From: a virus | DNA length: 64,000 nt | Virus record (IMG/VR): IMGVR_UViG_3300027996_003225 | Reading direction: 5' to 3' (one strand) | In this document: positions 1 through 10,164 of the stretch, in pieces | Numbering within the stretch: position 1 is the stretch's first letter | Layout of the letters: every line of letters begins with the position of its first letter | The notes under the pieces: model-generated | Seen by the model: only the letters and a program-made list of their open reading frames with translations | Database searches by the model: none | What the model was told of the DNA's origin: nothing | Translations under genes and position numbers: made by a program

Positions 1-608
1 AAGAAGAAACAGAAAGCGAATTGGACAAAATCTCAAAAAGAATTGGTGCCAACCGCCCTCAGAGATGGGATGCCACAAGCGAAGAGGAAATTAAAAACAT
101 GATGCAAAAAGCTGCATCTGAGATCGAAGACTTTGAGGGCATGGTTTTTCGTGATAAAAAAACAGGCAAAAGAGTGAAATTAAAAGATCCCAAGTATGTA
201 GAAAAACATCACATGCTGGGAGACACATCTCTCAAAAGACTGATCCCAAAAACAATAGAGGGAGAAGAAGATGAAGTAACTGCATACTTTCCTCACGTAA
301 AAGAATTGGTAGACGATATAAAGGAAAGACATGCAAACATCAAAAACAAAACTGTGGAAACTGTAAATCAGTTTCAGAAATACAAAAATCTTCCAAGAAA
401 AGAACTATGGGAGAAGGTTTCAAATATAGACAATGCTTTCATCAGAAGCATGGTAATGAAGCACGTTGAATGCGAAGATTTGGAATACGAGATAGAAAAA
501 GAACTCAAAAGAATTGCTGTAGCAACTGTTGAAAAAGACACTTATTTAGGAAAGCAGACATTCAGTTATGCTTCTCGAAAGTATTTAGACTTACTAGGAC
601 TCAAATAG
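1..608 (+). CDS. C-terminal part of a T4 Rnl1-like RNA ligase (5' truncated by window edge)
   Basis: Frame is open upstream of 21; FEGMVFRD...KRVKLKDPKYVEKHH resembles nucleotidyltransferase motifs IV/V of Rnl1-type ligases. Confidence 0.6.
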   Translation, partial: EETESELDKISKRIGANRPQRWDATSEEEIKNMMQKAASEIEDFEGMVFRDKKTGKRVKLKDPKYVEKHHMLGDTSLKRLIPKTIEGEEDEVTAYFPHVKELVDDIKERHANIKNKTVETVNQFQKYKNLPRKELWEKVSNIDNAFIRSMVMKHVECEDLEYEIEKELKRIAVATVEKDTYLGKQTFSYASRKYLDLLGLK

Positions 609-1366
609 TGAACGAAATCATAATCAAGAATAAGCAGCAAATAGATGGAATACGAATAAGCTGCAAACTTGCTGCTGAGACACTAGATTACATTGAGGAA
701 TTTGTAGTAGAAGGAATCACTACAGAAGAAATCAATAATATTGCAGCTAAATTCATAAAAGATAATGGAGCTACCTCTGCTCCACTGAACTACAAAGGAT
801 TTCCAAAAGAAACATGTATTTCCATCAACGAAGTAATATGCCACGGCATTCCAGATCAAACCGTCCTCAAGAACGGAGACATTCTGAATATCGACATAAC
901 CACAATCCTAGACGGATTCTATGGGGACACGAGCAGAATGTTTGCAGTCGGAGAAATAAACGAAACTGCGAAGGAACTGGTTCAGACGACCAAAGAATGC
1001 CTCATGATGAGCATAGAGACAGTGAAGCCTCAAAGTATGCTGTCGGGTATCGCCAAAGTAATTACCCAACATGCTGAATCTAACGGATTTAGCGTTGTCA
1101 ACGCATTTTGTGGTCATGGGGTAGGACTTGAATTTCACGAGCCTCCATTCGTGCAGCACGACTATAAATCTGTAAAAGACGGATTTCTAATCAGTCTGGA
1201 AGAAGGCATGATTTTCACAATTGAACCAATGCTGTGCGAAGGGGAACGCCAAGCAATGCTTTTAGAAGACAATTGGACGGCGATTACCACAGACAAAAAA
1301 CTGTCTGCTCAATTTGAGCATACAGTTTTAGTGACTAAAGGTGGATACGAAATATTGACTAAGTGA
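608..1366 (+). CDS. map: Methionine aminopeptidase type I
   Basis: CISINEVICHGIP, DILNIDIT, GDTSRMF, GHGVG..FHE, FTIEPM, SAQFEHT metal-site motifs. Confidence 0.97.
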   Translation: MNEIIIKNKQQIDGIRISCKLAAETLDYIEEFVVEGITTEEINNIAAKFIKDNGATSAPLNYKGFPKETCISINEVICHGIPDQTVLKNGDILNIDITTILDGFYGDTSRMFAVGEINETAKELVQTTKECLMMSIETVKPQSMLSGIAKVITQHAESNGFSVVNAFCGHGVGLEFHEPPFVQHDYKSVKDGFLISLEEGMIFTIEPMLCEGERQAMLLEDNWTAITTDKKLSAQFEHTVLVTKGGYEILTK

Positions 1367-1417
1367 AACAGATCAAAGGTGCCACCTGCACACCATAGGT
1401 TTTATGAATTTTTAATA

Positions 1418-2164
1418 TTAAACAATTGGTTTAACAGAATCGCTTTGAGCATCTTTAAGCAATTGAGGTATAGTAACCATTGCTGACTCTGTTAGTCTTT
1501 CGTACTCGTTGATATCTAGACTAAATATTCTATAGTGATGTGCAATCGGATTCCTCATAATCTGAGGCTTATATCCCTTGTGTTGCGCTTTCACCGTCAC
1601 AATAAATGCAGGACCAACTTGTGGCAAGTGTTCTGGCCATGGACCAACGGCTTCCCAGCACTCTCTTGTGGCCATCATCAGCCACTCCTGTACAAAGTCA
1701 ACCTTCTGTTGTTGCATGTAGTACGACTGAAGTTCGACTCCAACAATCCCAGCATTTTGAGACTCGCAAACGTTAACCAAAAGATCCAACCACGCAGGAT
1801 TTGTAACGACCACATCGCAATGCATGAAAACTATGTATTTTGAATCTTTACTTGCATTTTGATATCCTATATTACAAGCTTCGGACCAGTAAAGATTTTT
1901 ATCGTTTTTAACAACCTTAACCTCACCATCAATGTCATCTAGAAAATCCTGACTATCATTATCCGATCCATTATCAACAACAATAATTTCGTAATTGTTG
2001 TTGAAACTAGTTACGGCAATAGATTGCAAACAAATATTTAGGTATTCTGGTCGGTCACGATGAACGACAACTATTGATATCTGTTCTTCACTTCCGTCAT
2101 GAAGGTTGATCGTCATTTCTGGACGTTCTCCCTCCAGAGGATTGTGTGGGTTTTGATCTGGCAT
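1418..2164 (-). CDS. Glycosyltransferase family 2
   Basis: SIVVVHRDR..YL..CLQSI, EIIVVDNGS, FMHCDV. Confidence 0.85.
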   Translation of the reverse strand: MPDQNPHNPLEGERPEMTINLHDGSEEQISIVVVHRDRPEYLNICLQSIAVTSFNNNYEIIVVDNGSDNDSQDFLDDIDGEVKVVKNDKNLYWSEACNIGYQNASKDSKYIVFMHCDVVVTNPAWLDLLVNVCESQNAGIVGVELQSYYMQQQKVDFVQEWLMMATRECWEAVGPWPEHLPQVGPAFIVTVKAQHKGYKPQIMRNPIAHHYRIFSLDINEYERLTESAMVTIPQLLKDAQSDSVKPIV

Positions 2165-2165
2165 T

Positions 2166-2402
2166 TTAATCCTCTAATTCTATTTCGAAAGCACCAACCT
2201 CACAGAAGCATTCAGCATCTCCTTGCGGTGTGGCTATGTTTACTATATTGACTTTTCCGTCAGTCGAGTATTGGCTTTTAAGACTTTGCAAAAGACTATC
2301 TGCCTTTTTTGCACTACTAAATGCTTTTTCTGTTTTGATGAATACGTATTCACCTTCAACCTGTCTAGCAACTGTAATTACTGCAAATACATTTTTACTC
2401 AT
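2166..2402 (-). CDS. Hypothetical protein
   Basis: 78-aa ORF tightly packed in minus-strand run. Confidence 0.6.
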   Translation of the reverse strand: MSKNVFAVITVARQVEGEYVFIKTEKAFSSAKKADSLLQSLKSQYSTDGKVNIVNIATPQGDAECFCEVGAFEIELED

Positions 2403-2411
2403 ATTGACTCC

Positions 2412-2891
2412 TTAAACCCATTCAAACGAATAGACAGGTTCGACCCACATTGTCGCAATAGGATCTTTATTTTTTATCATCATAAATTCTTTTCCCAAAT
2501 TCATCAAGGTCAAAACAACTCTTCCCTCTGTCATCTGGTTTGGAGAAACTAAAAATAACCCCTTGCCAGACAGTTCTTCATTGACAGAAAATCGAACCTT
2601 GTACCCATTAGAAACATCTAAAGAAAATCCACAATCTATCTGAACAAATCCTCTATTGGGAATTCTAGTATATTTCTCGCCAGTGTAATCTTCTTCTTTT
2701 TCAGACAAGTTGGCAAACAGTCCCGCCATGTGGCTGCCATTCGAACTTTTGTAATGAGAAGGCATAAAGCAATCGTCATCAGCATCTATCTTTGTACAGA
2801 TACTTTTCACATCTGGACAGTCCCAATTTTTAACTTCTGAAGTGACCGGACTTGCTTCCGCTTTCACTCTAGGTTTATTTTTATTTTCCAT
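2412..2891 (-). CDS. dUTPase-fold protein, catalytically degenerate
   Basis: IDCGFSLDVSNGY, LTLMNLG..IKNKDPIA resemble the dUTPase scaffold; RSG, GxIDxxY and C-terminal motif V are absent. Confidence 0.6.
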   Translation of the reverse strand: MENKNKPRVKAEASPVTSEVKNWDCPDVKSICTKIDADDDCFMPSHYKSSNGSHMAGLFANLSEKEEDYTGEKYTRIPNRGFVQIDCGFSLDVSNGYKVRFSVNEELSGKGLFLVSPNQMTEGRVVLTLMNLGKEFMMIKNKDPIATMWVEPVYSFEWV

Positions 2892-2906
2892 GTATTAAAT
2901 AAGTAA

Positions 2907-3152
2907 CTAGGAATCAGAATTTTTCTTTTTTTGAATAGCTATAACGTAATTATTGAAATTTTTACGAAATTGTTCGTAGGCTCCTGGCGGATATTTTTTG
3001 GCCTTTTTAATAAGCTCATTTGTTAAATATGGATCTAAATTCTTGTCATTTATCCAATTTATAACATTCTCTAAACCAGGCTGTGAGTGCCACATTTTAC
3101 TATCCTTCTTCCCCGGAATTTGAATCTTTATCGGCAGATTGTACTCGCTCAT
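2907..3152 (-). CDS. Hypothetical protein (start moved to MSEYNLP)
   Basis: ORF in gene run; upstream start lies deep inside the neighbouring ORF. Confidence 0.55.
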   Translation of the reverse strand: MSEYNLPIKIQIPGKKDSKMWHSQPGLENVINWINDKNLDPYLTNELIKKAKKYPPGAYEQFRKNFNNYVIAIQKKKNSDS

Positions 3153-3477
3153 CGTCTTTCTCCATATCGTCTTCTTTATCAATCTCAAAGTTATTTAGAA
3201 CATCGGCCTGTTTCTGGGCATTCGCCCTCTGAATCATAGCAGATGAAATGTCCATAGGAATTGTAGGAGCATCTAATATTTGCTCCTGCATGATCGCCTC
3301 TCCTAATACTTTAACAATGTCTGCTGATACTTCTTTAAACTCCGAAGATTCATATGTTTTTGAATTTGAAAAATCATAAAACAAGACTTTGGACACTTTT
3401 TCACCATCAACAAGTAGCTCAACATGCATTGGAACCAAACCCGTCATAGATACTAGTGACATATTATTTTTTGACAT
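3100..3477 (-). CDS. Hypothetical protein
   Basis: 125-aa ORF. Confidence 0.55.
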   Translation of the reverse strand: MSKNNMSLVSMTGLVPMHVELLVDGEKVSKVLFYDFSNSKTYESSEFKEVSADIVKVLGEAIMQEQILDAPTIPMDISSAMIQRANAQKQADVLNNFEIDKEDDMEKDDERVQSADKDSNSGEEG

Positions 3478-3528
3478 TTAATCCCTTTAAACATAAATAA
3501 ATTAGCTTATGAAAATATAAGAGTAACA

Positions 3529-3963
3529 ATGATTAAATTTAAAGAATACATTGAAAAAAAAATGCAAGAGCAAAATACTGTTGGCAAGCACAACGATGGT
3601 GCCACCACAAATAATGCTGGAGCATATCTTGGGAGCGATTGGACTGGGAGCGAGCAAAGTCCAACAATGGGATATCTGGGACACCCTGTTCATTTACCAA
3701 GTCTAGACCTTGTGGTAAACATGCCAAGCCTCGGATTGCCAACAGTGAAAAGAAGTTCAAAAATCATACTAATTCAAAAGAACAAAAATCCAATATCGGT
3801 ATTTCTATCCGATGGAACAAAAATATTTTTAACGCTTGACGAATTCAATCGCATAAACGGGAAAAAACCCGAAGTAGGCAAGAACATTACCGTCACGTTC
3901 CAGCGTCATAATAAAAACAATTCAGAAGAAAACTCTAAAATTCAAAACATCATGTGTCACTGA
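3529..3963 (+). CDS. Hypothetical protein with CTS-like N-terminus (MIKFKEYIEKK)
   Basis: 144-aa ORF; CATAAATA upstream. Confidence 0.65.
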   Translation: MIKFKEYIEKKMQEQNTVGKHNDGATTNNAGAYLGSDWTGSEQSPTMGYLGHPVHLPSLDLVVNMPSLGLPTVKRSSKIILIQKNKNPISVFLSDGTKIFLTLDEFNRINGKKPEVGKNITVTFQRHNKNNSEENSKIQNIMCH

Positions 3964-4238
3964 CGTTGCTCTTCCCACTGGCTTTCCCAATTGTTCTCTG
4001 GTTCAAATCGAATGGCCTTATTAGCTGTTTTGTCTCTCCAAATGTTTGGATTAACTTTGTCGGGATCAATTCCAGGAAAATAAGGACCTGGTGAATAATC
4101 CTTCATCAATCTTTCTACAACTTTGTCTGTTATGCGATCAACTATTACTGGTCCTGCTAAGGACACAAATAGCAAAGCAACTGCTATTGCTCCAGCTACC
4201 CACATCAACTTGTTTTCTAAAATTTGCTTAAGATCCAT
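3957..4238 (-). CDS. Small membrane protein
   Basis: N-terminal hydrophobic helix LMWVAGAIAVALLFVSLAG. Confidence 0.6.
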   Translation of the reverse strand: MDLKQILENKLMWVAGAIAVALLFVSLAGPVIVDRITDKVVERLMKDYSPGPYFPGIDPDKVNPNIWRDKTANKAIRFEPENNWESQWEEQRQ

Positions 4239-4264
4239 TGTTTTTACCTCTTTCTATAATCTAG

Positions 4265-5254
4265 TTATACATCACTCTTTTTTTCTATCTTCAATAACTC
4301 AGAAAGAATCTCTTTATGTTTTTCAGATACTTTTTCAGGAACATCTAAAACTATCTTAATCAAAAGATTGCCTCTAACTTTTTGATTTTCCACAGAAGGC
4401 ATCCCTTGACCCTCCACTTTAAAAATCTGTCCAACTTTTGTGCCAGCAGGAATTTTTAACAACATGACAGAACCCAGTGTTCTTACCTCTACATGGCTTC
4501 CAAGAACAAGCTCTGCATACGAAGCTGATACCTCTGCCTCTAAATCTAAACCATTTGGGGCATAGGAAAAATAGTCATCTTCTCTTACCTTTATGGCAAT
4601 CAGCAAATCTCCAAAGCGACCATCAGGAGTTTCTTCTCCCTCGCCTTTCATCACAAGCTGACTCCCAGTCTGAACGCCAATTGGAATGTTAACTTTAAAG
4701 GTAAAATTCTCAACCCCATCATTGCCGCTCCCTCTACATTTGTCACATTTTTTAGAAGGCGTTTGACCTCTACCCTTGCAAACATTGCACTTGGCCTGTA
4801 AATTAAAAAATCCTTGCTGTATGTTTAAAACTCCCTTGCCGAGGCAGGTGCTACACGTTTTAAATTCTGTATAGCCCTCTGAGGAGCAGGATTTGCAAGG
4901 CTTGTTCTTCTCTACTTTTACATCTTTTTTACATCCTTGAAACGCATCTATCAGATCAATTTCTAATTCAACCAATATATGTTTAAGCGGTCTGACTTCC
5001 CAAGCTCTACGTCTAAAAGAAAACATGTCTCCGAACGAGCCAGAGACATGTCTATCGTATGAACGCCTTTTGATTGGATCTTTTAGAACATCGTATGCCC
5101 CACATATTGACTTGAACTTATTAGCAGCATCTGGGTCGTCAGGATTGGCATCAGGATGTGTCTGTCTGGCAAGGTTGCGATAAGCCTTATTGATTTCATC
5201 ATCGCCAGCATCTCTTGAGACGCCTAATATTTCGTAGTAATCAGGAGATGCCAT
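4265..5254 (-). CDS. dnaJ: Chaperone DnaJ
   Basis: J domain (DYYEILGV..HPD), four CxxCxGxG-type zinc motifs, C-terminal domain. Confidence 0.95.
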   Translation of the reverse strand: MASPDYYEILGVSRDAGDDEINKAYRNLARQTHPDANPDDPDAANKFKSICGAYDVLKDPIKRRSYDRHVSGSFGDMFSFRRRAWEVRPLKHILVELEIDLIDAFQGCKKDVKVEKNKPCKSCSSEGYTEFKTCSTCLGKGVLNIQQGFFNLQAKCNVCKGRGQTPSKKCDKCRGSGNDGVENFTFKVNIPIGVQTGSQLVMKGEGEETPDGRFGDLLIAIKVREDDYFSYAPNGLDLEAEVSASYAELVLGSHVEVRTLGSVMLLKIPAGTKVGQIFKVEGQGMPSVENQKVRGNLLIKIVLDVPEKVSEKHKEILSELLKIEKKSDV

Positions 5255-5269
5255 AATTTTACAAAAAGA

Positions 5270-5614
5270 TTATTCTTCTTCGACAATCCCGTGAATGTTA
5301 TGAATTTCCAAAAGAGCAATGACTCTTCCTTTTTCAGCCCCACGAGGGTCTGCGACTGCCAATCCTTTTCCATCCCAGAAGACCCTTTGGCCTACTTTGA
5401 TACCACAATTGTCATCAAACGCTGGTCCCAACTCCATGATATAAGCCTGTGGGGGGCCTTCGTTCTCCAGCCCATCTGGTAGAACTAAGGATGTATCAAT
5501 CATCTCTTCACCATTGATAATCTCTACAAGAATCTTCGATCTAAAAGGATGTACTGCTTTTATCTTTGGAACTTTGGCTGCTTTAGTTCCGTCTACGCCT
5601 ACAATGCTGCTCAT
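5270..5614 (-). CDS. GroES/Cpn10-like co-chaperonin
   Basis: VHPFRSKILVE..SLVLPD..IMELGP..IKVGQRV pattern; adjacent to dnaJ. Confidence 0.65.
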   Translation of the reverse strand: MSSIVGVDGTKAAKVPKIKAVHPFRSKILVEIINGEEMIDTSLVLPDGLENEGPPQAYIMELGPAFDDNCGIKVGQRVFWDGKGLAVADPRGAEKGRVIALLEIHNIHGIVEEE

Positions 5615-5685
5615 TTTGAAACCTCTTATCTGGTTAAAGTTGTATTTATTAAAATAGTATCTTGAACAAAATTCTAAAAATATTT

Positions 5686-6081
5686 TTATAAAGTGTAACT
5701 GAGGACGTTCGGTACTGTGTGTTGTATCGAAACATTCTCTGGAATTGAATTTATTTGAACATTTGAAAAATCATCTCCGTTCCTGTTAGTACCAGCAGAA
5801 TGAGTTTCTCCGATTTGGATGTAATGATCTGTCTCTGAGTTTACAAAAGAAACATAGGGGTTGTCGATACTGTGTCTGTACCAATCCCGACTAGTGGCTT
5901 GTACACTTAGATTCGCACTATTGAGTTCCGCATTTTGCGACTGAGCCAGATGTTTATTCTCATCTTTGTATTTTTGCACTATTGCATAGCAATTTGCAGT
6001 CATTTGCTCAAAGTAGCCTTCATATCCAGATTGATAAGCCTCTTCAAGCATAGATAGCAACTCTTGTTCTGAAATATTCAT
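5686..6081 (-). CDS. Hypothetical protein
   Basis: 131-aa ORF, stop overlaps next gene. Confidence 0.55.
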   Translation of the reverse strand: MNISEQELLSMLEEAYQSGYEGYFEQMTANCYAIVQKYKDENKHLAQSQNAELNSANLSVQATSRDWYRHSIDNPYVSFVNSETDHYIQIGETHSAGTNRNGDDFSNVQINSIPENVSIQHTVPNVLSYTL

Positions 6082-7040
6082 TCGCTAACGGCTCTTCCTT
6101 TTAGTGTTTCCCAATCTTTTTCTGGTCTGACTCTTAGATTGGTTTCCCATGCAGCAGACATTGTTGAACAATCCACATCATTAGACTTACAAAGTTGCAA
6201 AATAGCGTTCAAATCCTTCGGGAAGCAACTTCCGCCAAATCCATTTTTTCCATCCGGTCCCGGCACGCTCCAGTGAGAATTGCCAAGTCTTTCATCTTTC
6301 GTTGCATGTTTTGCCACTTCGTCATAATCGACATTGATAGCTTTACACAATTCAAAAAGTTCATTGGCAAATGAAACCTTAACAGCCAAGAAGCAATTAG
6401 TTGTATACTTCACAAGCTCTGCAACTGATGAAGATGTTTTAAATAGAGGGACTTCGGGAAATGAAGACTCAAAAACTTGACTAAGGATTTCCAAACTTTC
6501 TTCTGGTCCTCCTATGATGATCCTATTTTGATTTTTGAAATCTTCTACTGCATTTCTCTCCGTGAGAAACTCTGGATTGAAGCAAATATTGTTTTTGAAT
6601 TCTGAATTGAAACCATCAACTGTGCCAGGAGGCACAGTTGATTTTATTACCACAGTTCTAACTTCTTCAGAAAGATCATCCAACATCTTTAAGGCACTTC
6701 TTAAAATGCTCAAATCGCATTCGCCACTTTTATTCATAGGCGTCGGCAAACACACAAATATAGGACCATCTGTTTGAGACAAAACAGATTTATAGCCTTC
6801 TTCACACGATAGAGTTTTATCCACTTGCTCTACAAACTGTATGACTACATCTTCATGCTCTTCTGATCTTGGAACCCAATCAGGGATAAAAGACCTTTTA
6901 AAGCCTTTGGATATGTCATATGTGTTCACAGCAAAAGCGTGTTTGAAGCCCTCATACAAAGCACTTCCAACAAAGCCTTGTCCTATTATTCCTATGCTTT
7001 TCATCAAAATATTACCTTGGTTTATCCAAACAAACTGCAT
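6078..7040 (-). CDS. ugd: UDP-glucose/GDP-mannose dehydrogenase family protein (no C-terminal UDP-binding domain)
   Basis: IGIIGQGFVG, CLPTP, IKSTVPPG, NPEFL, KYTTNCFLAVKVSFANE, GFGGSCFPKD. Confidence 0.9.
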   Translation of the reverse strand: MQFVWINQGNILMKSIGIIGQGFVGSALYEGFKHAFAVNTYDISKGFKRSFIPDWVPRSEEHEDVVIQFVEQVDKTLSCEEGYKSVLSQTDGPIFVCLPTPMNKSGECDLSILRSALKMLDDLSEEVRTVVIKSTVPPGTVDGFNSEFKNNICFNPEFLTERNAVEDFKNQNRIIIGGPEESLEILSQVFESSFPEVPLFKTSSSVAELVKYTTNCFLAVKVSFANELFELCKAINVDYDEVAKHATKDERLGNSHWSVPGPDGKNGFGGSCFPKDLNAILQLCKSNDVDCSTMSAAWETNLRVRPEKDWETLKGRAVSE

Positions 7041-7215
7041 CTACTTCATTTCTACCATACCACTTTTCTCTTCTCATTGTGGCAAGGTCAAAACTTGCAA
7101 GACAGTCAGACAAATATTCTGCCAGTATCCAATCAGGAGTATTGGAGCCATTTTCCTTGCTGCAACAGTTTATTAAAGTTTCTAATTCTTCTCGAAAATT
7201 TTCTGGTGAACTCAT
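7012..7215 (-). CDS. Hypothetical protein (phage-like, NTPDWILAEYL)
   Basis: 67-aa ORF in gene run. Confidence 0.55.
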   Translation of the reverse strand: MSSPENFREELETLINCCSKENGSNTPDWILAEYLSDCLASFDLATMRREKWYGRNEVDAVCLDKPR

Positions 7216-7216
7216 T

Positions 7217-8704
7217 TTAATTACCTGTTTTCATACCTTGTGCCCAACTTATACCGTGTTCATAATTTGCAGTAACTGCCATTGTATGAGTTACCGCTTT
7301 ATATGTGGCAGAAGCAGATGCTCCATATCCGCTCTTCTTCCAGCTTGAAAATGGAAGGTGGGATTCGGCAGCAATCGATCCGCCGTTTAAGTAGAGCATT
7401 CCAGTTGTACATTCTTGCTCAATTATTTTATGCTTTCTGTAGTCGTCTGTCACGATTCCCAAAGCAAGTCCGTAATCAGTGTCATTATAAATTCTGATTG
7501 CGTCATCTAAATCATCAAATGGGATCAATACAACATGTGGACCAAAGACTTCGTTCTTTAAAAACTCTTTCTCGCCCCATTCACACTGATAAACAAAAGG
7601 TGTTAAAAAATATCCTTTTGGATGTGTGTTCTTAGTTGTGGAATCAGGAGATCCAGAAACTAGAACCTTGGCATCTTTGTCATCTCTCACCATTTGATTG
7701 AAAGACATAACTTTATCCATTTGTTCTTTGCTGATGATAGGTCCGTAAAAAGGAGCATCAGTTTCAAAGGGACAACCTGTACCAAGGGATGCAGCATGAC
7801 TAGAGAAATCTCTGGAAAACTTATCAAAGATCGATCTTTGAACCAAAATCCTGCTCGAACTTACACATCGTTGTCCACTTAGCTTGAAAGCGGAGGCGAT
7901 TGTTGCCTCTAATGCCAAATCATAATTTCCATCCTCAAATACAATTGTGGCGGACTTTGATCCACACTCCATGCTGCAAGTTTTTGTGAATGATTCTGCG
8001 CAGTGCTTTCTTATTTCCTGTCCTACTTCCGCAGAGCCAGTAAACAAGATGTGATCGACTTCCGATCTGACAAGGGCTTTTCCTGTTTCTCCAGCACCGT
8101 GTACCATGTTGTACACGCCTGGTGGGAAGCCTGCTTCGTCGTACAGCTTGGCGACCTTTTGTGCGATCATAGGTGTTAATTCTGATGGCTTATGCACCAC
8201 CGTGTTGCCTTCCACAATTGCTGGAGCAGATGACCAAAATGAACCAATCGCAAGAGGGAAATTCCAAGGACTGATGACTGCTATTACGCCTTTGGGTTTT
8301 CTTATTACTTTTGCATCTTTAGTTGACAGTTCAGATGCAATCACTTCTCCATAAGGCTGACGACCAGCAGACGCTGCCACTTGACACATATGCAGGGCTT
8401 CAATTACTTCTGCATGTGACTCGTTTGTATTCTTTCCTGTTTCAAGAGAAATGGTTTTAACCAAGTCGTCATGATCTCTCTTTAGCAACTGAGCGAGCGT
8501 GTCGAAAAAGTCTGCTCGTTGGACTCTGCTTACTTTCTTCCAGCCATGTTGAACCGCACGAGCGACAGATACAGCTTCCTCAACCTCTTGTTTTGTGCTC
8601 TCTGGAAAACTTCCCAAACTATCTTCTGTAGCTGGGTTTATGTTTTCAAAATCAGGGCGAGTTGGACAAAAATCGCCATTTACATAATTCATTCCTATAA
8701 TCAT
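7217..8704 (-). CDS. NAD(P)-dependent aldehyde dehydrogenase
   Basis: ISPWNFP, KPSELTP, FTGS, MECGSK (catalytic Glu), SGQRC (catalytic Cys), EVFGP. Confidence 0.95.
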   Translation of the reverse strand: MIIGMNYVNGDFCPTRPDFENINPATEDSLGSFPESTKQEVEEAVSVARAVQHGWKKVSRVQRADFFDTLAQLLKRDHDDLVKTISLETGKNTNESHAEVIEALHMCQVAASAGRQPYGEVIASELSTKDAKVIRKPKGVIAVISPWNFPLAIGSFWSSAPAIVEGNTVVHKPSELTPMIAQKVAKLYDEAGFPPGVYNMVHGAGETGKALVRSEVDHILFTGSAEVGQEIRKHCAESFTKTCSMECGSKSATIVFEDGNYDLALEATIASAFKLSGQRCVSSSRILVQRSIFDKFSRDFSSHAASLGTGCPFETDAPFYGPIISKEQMDKVMSFNQMVRDDKDAKVLVSGSPDSTTKNTHPKGYFLTPFVYQCEWGEKEFLKNEVFGPHVVLIPFDDLDDAIRIYNDTDYGLALGIVTDDYRKHKIIEQECTTGMLYLNGGSIAAESHLPFSSWKKSGYGASASATYKAVTHTMAVTANYEHGISWAQGMKTGN

Positions 8705-8713
8705 CTATATTCC

Positions 8714-9064
8714 TCAACAACTAAAGCTAGACCCGCATCCACAATTGGACTTTGCGTTTGGATTTGTAAACGCAAATCCACGCTTATTTATATCTTCATG
8801 AAAGTCTATCACTGTGCCATCCATATGAATGAGAGACTTTTTATCAATAACAACTTTCAAATCTTCTTCTTCCTTTAAAATGTAGTCATCTTCTGTGACC
8901 TCAGAATCATCTATGAACCCCAATTGATACTGGAATCCGCTGCACCCTCCTCCAACGACTCCTACTCGTAACACATTGACTTCAATTTCTTGATCTTTAA
9001 TAGTTGATCTGACCTCTTTTAAAGCCTTTTCTGTGATTTCTACATTTATTTCTACATTTGCCAT
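8714..9064 (-). CDS. iscA: IscA/HesB A-type Fe-S carrier
   Basis: LRVGVVGGGCSGFQY..F.NPNAKSNCGCGSSF. Confidence 0.95.
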   Translation of the reverse strand: MANVEINVEITEKALKEVRSTIKDQEIEVNVLRVGVVGGGCSGFQYQLGFIDDSEVTEDDYILKEEEDLKVVIDKKSLIHMDGTVIDFHEDINKRGFAFTNPNAKSNCGCGSSFSC

Positions 9065-9066
9065 GA

Positions 9067-10149
9067 TTAGCTCCAATATGATACAAAATAACACTTACCA
9101 GATCTCTCTCCCAATATGACCGGAGAAATAATTTCATTCCTAATTAAGTAAGAACATGCTTCTTTTTCGCAAAGCGTCTTAAATTTATCGACACAAAGTT
9201 GTTTTTCAAAGTCTCCAAAAGTATACAAAACGAATAGATGGTCAAACAACGCTCTATTTCCCACCTTATCAAATTTTTCTATTTTATTTAGAATTTTTCC
9301 AACTTTAGAAGAAGCCTTCAATGCAGAAGGAATATTGAAAACAGGGGAAGAAAAAACTTTTAGACTGTCATAATCCGAAAAATTATATCCATGCTGTTTT
9401 GCAAGAATTATTGAAGCATCGCCCATGTTCAAACGATTAAATCCATAATATGATTCTTCTTTTGTGGCAACACTATCCATGATCATCTTTGAAAACTCAT
9501 TGAGGCCATAAGCCTTTAGAGCGTTAGACTTTTCAGTAGCCAATTTAACTTCATCGTCAAATGAATCAACTCCATAACAATACTTAGAAAAATCGTCTGC
9601 CGTGCTCATCCATATGTCTAAGTCGATGCATACACGACTAGACTCTTTTTTGTTTCTAAGCTTCTGTACTTCACTTTTGTCTTTTAACAACCGAATATAC
9701 AGGGAAGGGTTAATCGAAGATTTTTTTAAATAAGAATTTAAATATTGCCTAGCAGACTTGTTAACATTATTTTGAATACCTGGGGTTTCTTTACTTGCGT
9801 AGTCTGATAAATCTATAAAGTCTAATAGGGATTTGAAGTTTGATGGGTTAAAAATGCCATTAAGCACATCAAAAATATCAGGATGCTCTACATTGCAGAT
9901 GCTTAAAAAATCATACAAGCAAGATCCTTTCTTGCCAAATATATTAACAATCTTTTTTTTAGGATTGTTTAAAAATAAAGTTTTATATGACTTCAAATCC
10001 TTGAAAACACATTTTGAAAACTTGCTTCTTTTGTTTATGTTTTTATAAACAATGTTTATAACTTTATTTTTATCTTCAATCAAAGCGTCCATGTTGAAAG
10101 CAACTCTTGAATCGAATTCGCCTAAACCGACCTTAATGCTGGATTTCAT
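9067..10149 (-). CDS. Hypothetical protein
   Basis: 360-aa ORF, no motif recognised. Confidence 0.65.
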   Translation of the reverse strand: MKSSIKVGLGEFDSRVAFNMDALIEDKNKVINIVYKNINKRSKFSKCVFKDLKSYKTLFLNNPKKKIVNIFGKKGSCLYDFLSICNVEHPDIFDVLNGIFNPSNFKSLLDFIDLSDYASKETPGIQNNVNKSARQYLNSYLKKSSINPSLYIRLLKDKSEVQKLRNKKESSRVCIDLDIWMSTADDFSKYCYGVDSFDDEVKLATEKSNALKAYGLNEFSKMIMDSVATKEESYYGFNRLNMGDASIILAKQHGYNFSDYDSLKVFSSPVFNIPSALKASSKVGKILNKIEKFDKVGNRALFDHLFVLYTFGDFEKQLCVDKFKTLCEKEACSYLIRNEIISPVILGERSGKCYFVSYWS

Positions 10150-10164
10150 CGACTTATTCCCGAT

